From: Harriotta raleighana
Lineage: Eukaryota
DNA length: 64,000 bases
Direction of reading: 5' to 3'
Assembly (NCBI GenBank): GCA_050575255.1
Contig: JBNZDD010013718.1
Location: forward strand, 1,808,253-1,872,252
The position numbers and the translations under genes were made by a program. Below are positions 1 to 10,642 of the stretch, in pieces. The notes below the pieces were generated by a model, which did no database searches, was not told the DNA's origin, and saw only the letters and a program-made list of their open reading frames with translations. Numbering within the stretch: the first letter of the stretch is position 1; each line of letters begins with the position of its first letter.

Positions 1-900
1 CAGGAAGAACTGGGTCAAGCTTGTCTCACTTAATTTAATTTAGGAGCTTTACAAAGAACATCAGAGTCAGAGAGGAGCCTTTCATGTTAATCCTGAGGAT
101 TGGATTGAAGCTCAATCCAAGAGACGAATGGATTTGGTTTTTCAAAAAAACTTTTCTCACAACATTTTTTTAATGTGGTGCTGCTAATGTTACCACATCT
201 GAAGTACTTCAATTGATTCCCCTATTTACCAAATGTGCAATTTCCATAACACCAACGAATGCAAGTAAACTCCGAGTGAAAATTATTTTATTTATTTATA
301 CAAATAGCAAAAACGCCATTGACCTTGGGCTGTGAAATCTATGCCAAGTGTCAGTTTGGCTTAGTTCATAAAACTCACCCCTCGAGGGATAATAAGGTCA
401 AAAAATTGTAGGTTCAAGACTTGAGCTCCTAATCGAGGCTGAAACGGAATAAAATCTTGGATGTGCTGTCTGGTGTTAAACATCCTAGAGCATTCATTTG
501 GTCTCGTTGCTCTTTAAGTATTTGGTTAATCATAGAGTTCTGGAACAGAATTTGCCATTGATCACGGTAATGGATACTGATTTGTCCACGTTTGTGGTTA
601 GACCTGGGTGTCGGGCACACATTGAGCTGTGGTAGCGGTTGTGGTACTGAGGCATAGACTTTTATTTAGCATCGAGGGTCCATAAGATCAGGGTCCTCAG
701 TGACACTAAAAAGTTTTCAACCACTTAGGAAGCAAGCAGTTTGGACAGTATTTAGTATTTCAGGTTATTAATTGGAGGGCTGTTGCATTTCTGATCCACA
801 TTATTACTTGTTAGGAGGATCCAAAATAGATCATTGGATGTTCCTCTCTCTCACTCTCAGTTCTCCTAATGATGTATTTATTTTAATTGGTGAAATATGT

Positions 901-1248
901 CCTGTTGCTTCCATGCTAGCTGTGCCCTCAGGTTCCTCGCATGTGAACCTAGACAATGAATGACAGAAAGGCTGTTGAACTATGGAGGATAATAATCAGG
1001 ACATGTACGGATTATTCCTATTATAAGGGTATTCCCAGATATANCCTGTTGCTTCCATGCTAGCTGTGCCCTCAGGTTCCTCGCATGTGAACCTCGATAA
1101 TGAATGACAGAAAGGCTGTTGAACTATGGAGGATTATAATCAGGATATGCACGGATTATTCCTATTATAAGGGTATTCCCAGATATAGTTTGTGCACTCN
1201 GACATGTACGGATTATTCCTATTATAAGGGTATTCCCAGATATAGTTT
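901..1248. repeat. N-joined near-identical tandem copies (901-1043, 1045-~1187, partial 1201-1248); probable haplotype or assembly artefact
   Basis: Single n at 1044 and 1200 at copy boundaries; a few substitutions between copies. Confidence 0.85.
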
Positions 1249-1367
1249 AAACAACAACAACAAAATTACATTTATAGGGCACCTTTCACGTCAGGGGGAC
1301 GTCCCAAGGCGCTGAAACAGGGGGCACTTAACAGGCGAAAGAACCATGGCCTTTTTTTCTCCTCTCA

Positions 1368-1680
1368 CTAACAACAATAATCCATGCATGTAGTGCTTTA
1401 TTTCATCTTCTAGGCGTCTCAAAGCGCTTCACAGAATGTAATGTAAACTGAATTGATTGCATATTTGCGGGCAAAATGCAGCAGCCAATTGCACGCGGCA
1501 GTGTCTTCCCAAACAGGCGTGAAATGAATTGACCAATTTTATTTTTAGCGTTTTTTTTCTTGAGGGATTATTATCAGGCATACAGATAAGGAAATTTTCC
1601 CAAAGTGTTGCCCTGATAGGAATCAAACCCAGGTCTCTTGCTTGCAAGGCTAATGCTCTTACCATGGAGCTACAGGACCA
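1368..1680 (-). mobile_element. tRNA-headed SINE with Deu-like core and L2-type tail, near full length
   Basis: Shares gcagccaattg, ctcaaagcgcttcacagaat and the tRNA-like head with the 5547 copy. Confidence 0.85.
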
Positions 1681-4149
1681 CTGGAGCGAGGGGTGTTGAG
1701 GTGGATTATATTACTTAGTGACATATCGAGAGAGGCATCAATGATCAATCAGTGCTTGCCAAGCATTCACAAGGGCTGAGTTAAGTCAGTGTTCAATCCG
1801 CGGTGTGTTTCCAGTTTCTTCCTGATTGGAATTCCATGACTGACGTGGTAAATCCAGAAATACTCCATCAAGAACATTTATTTTGTTTCTCCTTCATGAT
1901 CCTCGGTGTCATCTTAATTATATAATGTCGAGAATATTTGGAAAAGCACCACACGGTAATTTAACCTTAAATGAAAGCAACTCTGGCACTTCAGACCCCG
2001 ATCGCAACCAACTGAGCCAAGCTGATGCGTCCATCGGTTGACTTTTAAACCATTTCTGGCAAGTCCACAATTTCGTCAAGGGGAATCAGATAGAAATGTT
2101 GCAGCATGTTTGCAAGATTTGGGTGCGACCATTTCTTAAATCACTTTGCACCCAAATCTTGCAAAGCCAAAGATTTCCTACAGAAATTATATGGGTCATA
2201 ATAAGTTTCAGGCATAAGAACTTTCATGTGTGTGTAAAAAAAAATCACCTTGAAGTCTCCTTCCTTGAAACAAATCAACTGTAGAGACCACAAACAGGGA
2301 GGAAACTAACTTATTAATGAATATAAAGACAGTTCTTTATTTGCATGTTTTTTTTCATTTTCCCTATGTGCTGAAAAGCTTACACAGCAGGTTGCAAGAT
2401 CAATTTTGAGGAATCAGACATGCACACAATTAGAAAACAGATTATTTTTCCCAATTGTTGTTTGTATAGACTGCATGTAATTTCTTTTCTAATCACATTT
2501 AAAATTACATTCCTGTAGAGCAGGTTGAAAGGAACAACCTTTTGTTTGTTATTAATGCTTTAATAATATGCTGCTTTAAAATTTGTTTATGCAATTTATA
2601 TGTACTTCGAACCAAGTATATTTACAATCTAAGAAGAACGTAAAGCAAGTAATGCAAGTGTGTTAATTATTTTTCAAACAAAGTTGAAAATAATTCGATT
2701 CCCCACAGCACATTTTGTCGGACCTATGTAATCCTTTCTTACAAGGAACATAGAATCATGGGGAAACAAGAATGAATGTGGTGAGCAATTAATCTGTGAG
2801 ACAATCCATTTGTGGCGTTTGGCAATGGCAGAGATTAAAACGCCTTTTAAACGCCTTCCACGTGAGGCGTGAATAGTGGTAGATTTGGGAATGTTCTTCC
2901 CAAGGTTGTTGCTCAAATATGTTTTAAGATCAAGGAAGTTACAGATTACTTTCTCTTAACAGAAGCAATATTTGGGATGGAATCCATGACCAGAGTACGT
3001 GGTAGGTCACCTATATGACCTGTGTGTAATTTGACCCATCTTGTCTGATCCTGCTAACATTGGAGGAGTAGATGGAGTGAGGCAAATTGTGTACAGTAAT
3101 TCAGTAATGCCTGATACAGTAACTCCCGATCCTTCATCACTGACTTAACTTTGTCACTAACACTTAAGTCAACATTCCTGCCAATATCCAGACCGTATTT
3201 ATTTATGTGCGTATTTATACTTATGCCTAATTTATCATTCCGGATAACTCATCACTAAACTCTCTTCCATTGGAGTGATGAGTTATCACTTTACCGTATC
3301 GTTTTTCTTTGCCAAGCAGCAAGTTAAACAGGGTTAATAAAATAGGATGTTCCTGCTATTCCTGGACAAAGATTCTTTTAAAAAGAAATTTAGGATATAA
3401 CATTACAATAAACAAGTAAGTCAAGTTCTGTTTGAAATGAGGTGCTGCAGACTTTATCTTGAAAGGGACCTTGACTTCAAGACAGATAAATTATCCGCTG
3501 ATTAATGCTGTTGTTTTTTTTTAAATGAATGAGGAAATTCCAATTTCTTTTCATCATTAAGCCGTTCATTTTGTGGAATTATTTGTGTGACCTCGAAGGG
3601 GGGTTAAGTATTAAATGTGGTTGTTTTGAAACTGTAACACTGAGCTTCAAACAATTGAATGACTCACTCTATGGTTCAGAGAAGGTCATTAGGAAAAATC
3701 AAGCAATGAGTCATGAGGCAAGACAAAGTTGGCGAAGCCATTTCCCATTCCCTTGGAAGTACATTTGCAACTGCTATTTTTTCACACAGAACCTGAATTC
3801 TTAAAGCCTGCACCCACCCATCCTCACCCCACCCCCTCCCCCACAACCCCAACATGTAGACTTTCTATTAAATTAGCCAGTCAAACCTCAGAAGGTAGGT
3901 TCAACATCTTGCACCATATATAATAGCTCCCACAAAACAGTCACTACACTGAATAGTATATACTATGAAGGGCTTTGAACCAATGCGAAAGCCATAATAC
4001 AAAATGTGAGTGGTATTGCAGGAGACCAGAGCATGTGGAGCAGGGTTGGCCAAGAAAACACATTTTGTTGATCGCATATTTCTTAATTGATGCCATAAAT
4101 CAATCAAGAAAAAAAAACTAAGAACACATTATCAATCGAACACGGACTT

Positions 4150-4385
4150 ACCTGGCCTCGCGCCAATGTTCGAGTGACCACAATATCCGACCCGCAGGCC
4201 ACAGGCTGGCCACCACTAGAGAAGAGGTATTTGAAAATAGATTTAAAAATCTTTAAATTGATCCCTTGGGAACAGGCATCCACTGGAACTGAACAAGGCT
4301 CAGTGTGATGTGCTCACGGAGCCTGGTGAAGGAAAGATATGGACGAAGTTTCTGAGTAAACTGGAGCTCTTGGACTCTCTAGATG
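4150..4385 (-). mobile_element. Degenerate L2 LINE fragment
   Basis: Minus strand reads ...REHITLSLVQFQWMPV..., similar to the L2 REHITPxLxxLHWLPV motif. Confidence 0.55.
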
Positions 4386-4579
4386 CTGAAGTCACGAATA
4401 AATATATAAATAAATAAAGATTTGGGTTGTGTTATTGGTGATGTAAGATAGGGACATAGGTGCACAATTCTGCCCAGCCATCTGTTTTTCCAACAAATTT
4501 ACTCATTTACCTCCAACCGCTCAAGGCACATTCCTAAAGAAACTTGAAACACATTTGTCTTGTTAAAAAAAATGGCACA

Positions 4580-4585
4580 TTTATT
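4580..4585 (-). terminator. Polyadenylation signal AATAAA
   Basis: AATAAA at the end of the UTR-like block, followed by T-rich and GT-rich downstream sequence (gtgtttcaagtttcttt). Confidence 0.8.
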
Positions 4586-5546
4586 GCTACATAAATGTTA
4601 TATACATAGTGTTTTCTGTTATCGTTGACAGAAAATTTGAACTTGCCGTTGGATGGAAAGGTTCGTCGACAATACCTTAAATTTGACACGGGTACAAATC
4701 TGCATTAACCAACAATGGAAACTTCGAGAACAAGATGTGAAGCAACTTATCTCAGACATTTAGCTTGTTACAATACTTTATAGGTACTACACGGCTTAGC
4801 TAGAACCTACAATGGTCTTCGAATGCTATTTTATCTTTTTCGGATATTAATGGACAGGTTACGGTAAATAACCCTACAATTTTTCTACCTAATATAGTAA
4901 AATAAAGTAAGAAACTTTTTACTGAAAACTTTTGATTTCAAAAATCTAGAAAGAGTAATATTTGGAATTCAAGATTTTTTTTTACAAGATTATTGTATAA
5001 AAGACTACCTACTGCGAAAAATAAGCCAAATGTTTTCTTTTTCATGTTGAAGGAAAGCTTTGGGGCATAATCCAAAGTCTATTATAGCCAAAAGTGAAAG
5101 AAAGCTTCAAACCAGGCTTAAGAAAAGGCCAGGCCATGGCACGTGAATATTTTTGCACGTTTAAGCAACTGGCATTAGACACTGAACTGATGAACAAGGC
5201 CACAGATACAGTAAATTGGGTATTAATTTATCTTGAATTGCAGTCATAATGAATCAATTAATATGACGAAATCCTAAATGACTGTTGAAAATAATTCATT
5301 CTTGGAGAATCCTCCCAAAACCAAGCGTTTATAACATTCCTCGTCATCAGCCTGGCTAGACGATTCGTTCGTTCGTATTTTTGTTCTTTCTGTTGTCTTT
5401 GCGAGTGCTCAAAGTAAAGGAATGCATCGTTTGTTCATCCTGTTGTGCCGATATATTTTAGACATTCAAACATGAAGTGACCCAAGTCAGTTATTTTCTC
5501 TCTGATGCTCATTTTGGAAGTGGAAGACAGTTTACATGGAAGCTGA

Positions 5547-5875
5547 ATAATAATGATAATAATAATCCTTGCATTTGATATAGCGCTTTTCACATCTTAT
5601 CAACGTCCCAAAGCGCTTCACAGAATATACTGTAAAGTGAATTGACTGTATATTTGTGGGCGGAATGCGGCAGCCAATTGCGCCCAGCAGTGTCCCACAA
5701 ACAGTCATGGATTGAAATGACCAATTTTATTATAGTGTTTTTTTTTTGGAGGGATTATTATTAGGCGTGTGGAGTAAGAAAACTTGCCCAAGGTTTCGCC
5801 CTGATCTGCCTGGATTCGAACACAGGTCTCATGCTTGCAAGGCGAGTGCTCTAACCACTAAGCCACAGGAGCTCC
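5547..5875 (-). mobile_element. Full-length tRNA-derived SINE inside the TCF12 3'UTR
   Basis: A box TGGCTTAGTGG, B box GTTCGAATCC, tail ending GCGCTATATCAAATGCAAGG(ATT)n. Confidence 0.92.
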
Positions 5876-7544
5876 ACTGATGGAAGGGATGCAATTTTTT
5901 TTGTATTTAAAAAAAATGTGAGACATCGGTTCGGGTTTGGAAATGCAAGCGATTTAAAACTCATGTCAGATAATACTATGTTCATTTCAAAACTCAAGGT
6001 AATTACGCTATGGACTGCAATCATTCTCTCCTGAGCCCACTCCACTGGCTAGCCACACAGATAAGGAGATATCAAAAACAAAGTATGGTCTCAAAAAGCT
6101 GGTGACCCTAATTCTTTTTCTTCTTTGGACAATTATACATCAACCTCACAGCTCACTTGTTCATCTTTACGCTCCAAGCTCTGCTGAAACAAGACGAGCT
6201 CACAACCTTCAGAGCCTCAAACCATTGTTTTGCTTTTGTGCTTAATTACAGCAAACACTTTTCACGTGTACTAAATGTAGTAATTAAGCTGCTTAAAAAA
6301 ACTAAAGCAATTCTAAAATTAGAAATTCTCTGATTTGCACGACACATTGCAAGTTATACTACTCGTATGAAGCCTAAAACGTTTGTATAATTACAAATAA
6401 AACAAATAAGAATGCTTATTTTCTTGAAAGATGCTTGAACGAAATCTACCCATAATCCAAGCTAAGTGAAGCTATGGTCACAGAACTTGCTCCTGTTCAA
6501 ATAAAAAGCACATTTAATATAAAGTAAATTGTTTACGACACAGGCATTAACTCAAGATAGGAAAATGTGTATATTGTGACTACAACTGTTCAAACATACA
6601 GAGAGCAAAAAAAAATTAACAGTCACTCTAACAAGGAATTTTCTGATACATGGAAAATGCTATTTGTGTGGCCAAAGGAATGGAGATACAATCTCTTCCC
6701 TCCCTTTTTTAAGACACTAATAGGTTCTGGGAATGCTAGGTGTTAGAGGCTGTTACTGCTTTGTTCCCTGCATGTGAACAGCTTTGAGTAGGATGCTAAC
6801 ATCAGCTAGCTGCAAATGAAACTACGATCTTAACAATTCCCTTTCAAAGTAGACCTTAATAGTTCAGTAATAATAAATAAAAATTGTCTTAAATGCATTC
6901 ATCAACCAACAAGTTTAGGCACAAGGCAACGTCCACCAACAGGCGGAACAAATGCAACAGTCTCTGATTGTGTAGCAGCTCCACTTTCAACAGACTGATA
7001 TGTACTGGGTTTTGAATGGGCCAAAATTCAGACTCAGGAGAAAATAGTTTCAGAGAGATGAACATGACACAATGTTGATCAAGAGATTACTTCTGGGTCT
7101 CTGTTTCTGGTGTTGTGTTTTTCCAACTGTGGCTTTAATGAAGGTTAGTTGGCAGGGTCCTTGTGTGGAAAGATGATTCACTTGTTATTTTACAAAAATG
7201 ATCCAGACTTTTGACCTGCAGACAAGAACACACAAAAGTCAGCAAGTTTGTAATCCCTGCAGGTTTTCGCGAAGATATTTCTTAAGATAGTTTTGCTAAG
7301 ATTAATTCCAAAAGCAAAATTTCCGATTCAATTTCCAATCGTTACAGCTGCAGTGAACTTAACAGAAGGTTCACGTGGCTTACTCTCAACATACCATTTA
7401 CTTTCAGATAAGCCTGATTGATTACAAAAAATCATTGTTTTGCAATGGCAGGAAATATTTTCACAAAATAAATGGGCAAAAAAATTATACTTTCCATAAT
7501 TCTAGGTATAAGATTCTTTCAAAGAACAAACACAAACTCTTGGC

Positions 7545-7722
7545 TGCTAATTTCTTCGGGCTGATCCCTATTCCACATGCCTAATAATAATCCATCCCTC
7601 CAAAAAACTACGATAATAAAATTGGTCATTTCAATCCATGATTGGTTTGTGGGACACTGCTGTGCGCAATTGACATCGATAAGATGTGAAAAGCGCAATA
7701 TCAAATGCAAGGATTATTTATT
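7545..7722 (+). mobile_element. SINE of the same family, partial with internal deletion
   Basis: tttgtgggacactgctgtgcgcaattg ... aaatgcaaggattatt. Confidence 0.85.
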
Positions 7723-8451
7723 CACAGCAGGTAGCCATTCAGTCCACAGTGTCTGTGATGGTTCTCCTGACTAAAATTATAGCACAACTTTATATATTTT
7801 TAAAAAATCTTAATCAAACTATTTATTTGCAATTCTCAAGTCTAATTTACCCAGCAAACATATCCAGTTTACACATGCACAAGGCACCTTTCGTTTTGTA
7901 ATTTCAGACTAGTTTTTTTCATATTAAAAAAAAATCAAACACCTCTCACTTCAAAGTGAAGATTTCTCAGTAACGTTGGATCCCGAACAAACAAACTTTT
8001 CCTAACCACATCTGCAGCATTAAACTGATTATTAACGCTGCTTTTTCACACCCATAATCAACGTAGGACAAACTGAAACCGGGCACTTTTCACAACAGGA
8101 ACCTGGCATTTTTCACAACAAGAAACTAAGAGGGTGGGTGAGGGGGTTAATTATACAGTCATGGATAGAATAACTCATTCTCCATTCACTCTGTACAACA
8201 GACCCATCTGTTGCTCAGAGGCAATTCATTATTTTCATTCCGCACACACGTCTATCAATTTAAAATATTACATTGACTGCATTTGCTTATTTTACAGCTT
8301 GTGAGTTTACAGTGAACACGTGTTACGCATCAAAATGATGGATAGCTCAACCTCCGTAAAAGATTTCATTGCACAGTAAAGAGCAGGGAGCCCAGAGCAG
8401 TCGTTTGCTCTGCCGTCCGACCTTCCATGTTAAATGATTCATCTTTGCTCC

Positions 8452-8552
8452 ACAAATATACAGTCAAGTCACTTCACAGTATATACTGTGAAGCGCTTTG
8501 AGACGTTGATAAGATGTGAGCGGCGTTATACCGAATGCAAGGATTATTATTA
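8452..8552 (+). mobile_element. SINE 3' fragment
   Basis: gtgaagcgctttgagacgttgataagatgtg...gaatgcaaggattattatt. Confidence 0.85.
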
Positions 8553-8713
8553 CAATCGATCAGGAGAAAGCTCTCGTCACGTGCAATTTGAGCAACTTCC
8601 TTCTTTGAGAGCGAAAACAATTTTAATTGGAACAGTATTAAAGGCGACTTACTGGTGCGTCGAAAGAAATTGACTAAGAATTGTGTATGCAGAATTGTGT
8701 ATACCTGGCAAAT

Positions 8714-8979
8714 TTACATATGAGCCATTGGGTTGTTAGTGTCAGTGAGGCCAGAGTGTGTACCAGGGTGAGCAGCAGAGTGAGCAGCAGAGTGAGCTGC
8801 AGAGTGAGCAGCAGAGTGAGCTGCAGAGTGAGCAGCAGAGTGAGCTGCAGAGTGAGCAGCAGAGTGTGATCCATGGTGTGCTCCCGAGTGTGCTCCAGGG
8901 TGTCCCTCTGCTGATATGGCAGAAGATTTCTCTTCTTCCCTTCTTTTAAGGCAGGCTGCTTTCGGGTTCAGGTTCCTCT
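8714..8979 (-). CDS. TCF12: TCF12 exon 20 equivalent, last coding exon (exon continues to 8705), with (HSAA)8 insertion
   Basis: ttaaag acceptor; (E)[17 protein letters not shown]...NPMAHM then TAA; CAG|gtatac donor 9 nt after the stop. Confidence 0.96.
8771..8866 (-). repeat. Coding minisatellite, 8 x 12 nt CACTCTGC(T/A)GCT, encoding (HSAA)8
   Basis: Eight contiguous 12-mers counted directly; the two variants mostly alternate, giving a 24-nt higher-order period. Confidence 0.97.
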
Positions 8980-9523
8980 CTTTAAACAGATCAGAAGCCA
9001 CAATCAGAGACTGAAATCCATCGAGCATACAACACAACACCAGGCTAGGTACGACACACCCTTAAAAGCAGGCCATTACACAGCTCCAGATATCCTAAAT
9101 CAACGTAGGAACGTACCTTCTACCATTATTTGTGAATTTAAGTTACAGTTAAAGGGTGTGATCTGTTGACTTGTGGTAGTTAAGTTTGAGACAGACACTT
9201 GGGAAATTCAGTGTCGGGATCTCAAGATGAGAACGAACAACGGATTCTATTACGGGTAAGATTCTATTACAAGAATCTTGTGCTGTATGAAAGGAGAGGG
9301 CTAAGAGTGAGCTACTAAACTCCCTTGGTTTAGTCGAGGTGACAAACTTATTGTAAGCACAAAAAAAAGGCAAAACTCTCAAGGATTTGCGATTGAAACT
9401 ACTTTGGTGGGGAACTGACACATTCTAAACAAAGCCAGACAGATAATACAAGGATAACAAACAGCGATATACCACGAAAAACACGTTGAGAAGCAGTCTG
9501 TAGTGTATCTGGTGTGTACTGAC

Positions 9524-9753
9524 CTCGGACCTGTTGTTCCAAGCTGAGGATAACGGCGACTGCTTGATGCAGAATAAGTAGCTTGGTTTGGGGCTTTTCA
9601 CTTTTCATGTGAAGTTGACACATGCGTCCGAGCTCCTTAAATGCCTCATTGATGTCTCGTACGCGAAGACGCTCTCTAGCATTATTTGCCATCCTCCTCT
9701 CCCGTTCCCGTTCCGCTTTTTGCTCGGGATTTAGGTCGTCGTCTTCGTGATTA
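9524..9753 (-). CDS. TCF12: TCF12 exon 19 equivalent, 230 nt, bHLH domain
   Basis: acgcag acceptor, GAG|gtcagt donor; [59 protein letters not shown]. Confidence 0.98.
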
Positions 9754-9782
9754 CTGCGTTCGGAAATAAAGACACCATATGA

Positions 9783-10105
9783 ATCACACCCATTCCAGTC
9801 GAGCTCCACTGTCTCCCCGTCAACGAATGGGTCGATTTCAAGATCCTCACACTCGCTTTCAAAACTCCTACATACCCTGGCACCTCCCTACCTCTTTGAC
9901 CTGCTTACCCACCCCACCCACACTGCATCCAGAAACTCTGGAACACTCTTCCTCGGGCCTGACGACCTCCTATTCCACCGTGCCTATGGGTACCCCCCCC
10001 ACCCCCCACCACTACCTCCGGCTCGGAGTCATTCTCCGCCACCGTCAAGCGCTCTGGGGCGCTATCCTGTGTGAGGGGTCTCTCTCTAAATGCAAGTTGT
10101 TGTTG
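9783..10105 (+). mobile_element. L2-clade LINE 3' remnant filling most of intron 18
   Basis: Degenerate [13 protein letters not shown]...[24 protein letters not shown] (L2 ORF2 C-terminus) plus tail aagcgctctggg...taaatgcaag(ttg)n. Confidence 0.85.
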
Positions 10106-10201
10106 GAAGTACATCAAATAGTGTAACCTTCTACTGAAAATGACATCGGTGATTTTGCTGCCCTAAGAAGATCACTGCATTTTATAGTATCTACATTTTA
10201 C

Positions 10202-10364
10202 CTGGATCTATCCCCCGATTGGAGTTTATCACTTTTGGATCCATCCTCGTCTAATCCCTTGTCATCAGATGAGAAGGAGTCTCGTGTATTCTCGTCCTTC
10301 TCCTCTCGTTTGACATCAGCTTGACTCAAGGCAACAGTCTGACTTTGCAAACTACTGGACGGTC
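10202..10364 (-). CDS. TCF12: TCF12 exon 18 equivalent, 163 nt: (G)PSSSLQSQTVALSQADVKREEKDENTRDSFSSDDKGLDEDGSKSDKLQSGDRS
   Basis: gtatag acceptor, CAG|gtaaaa donor; phase 1 to 2; acidic pre-bHLH region. Confidence 0.92.
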
Positions 10365-10527
10365 CTATACACACAAAATAAATACTAATAAAGCAAGCCC
10401 CAGGTCAACTGCGGTTTCCACGCACAAACAACATAAATTATTTTTGAAAAGATTTATTTCGGTTCACTTATTATTCAATAAAATGCACAACGGTGTCATT
10501 TAGAATTAGATTACTATGAAGATATAC

Positions 10528-10642
10528 CTCTGCAGTTATCCTGTGGATGGTGATTTAATTCTGTACTTGTTGGGGGAACTGTACTGGGGAGGATCGAATG
10601 GCTGTTATGGAGACTGACAGATTCATCCCGATGAGAACCAAC
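10528..10642 (-). CDS. TCF12: TCF12 exon 17 equivalent, 115 nt: VGSHRDESVSLHNSHSILPSTVPPTSTELNHHPQDNCR
   Basis: ttatag acceptor, GAG|gtatat donor; phase 0 to 1. Confidence 0.93.

Larger units (their letters stand above)
4562..7215 (-). other. TCF12: TCF12 non-coding terminal exon (3'UTR)
   Basis: Acceptor gttcttgtctgcag at 7216-7217; blocks resembling recalled mammalian TCF12 3'UTR; AATAAA at 4580-4585. The 3' end is approximate. Confidence 0.75.

Noticed and set aside
901-1248. Apparent ~143-bp tandem array
   Set aside because: Ns at the junctions and allele-like differences suggest uncollapsed haplotypes; not a CRISPR array or satellite
3004-3021. AGGTCA-N6-TGACCT nuclear-receptor-like palindrome
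   Set aside because: Single motif with atypical spacing and no supporting context
5810-5875. tRNA-like sequence
   Set aside because: It is the head of a SINE, repeated at about 1620-1680 and 55280-55345
8674-8949. Repetitive ORFs in other frames (LTLQ, SSRV, QSEQ)
   Set aside because: By-products of the stop-free 12-nt repeat; only the HSAA frame is continuous with TCF12
9754-10201. Possible second, mutually exclusive bHLH exon (E12/E47-like) or new exon from ORF 9905-10117
   Set aside because: The intron is filled by an L2 remnant on the opposite strand; no bHLH-like translation seen here or in intron 19
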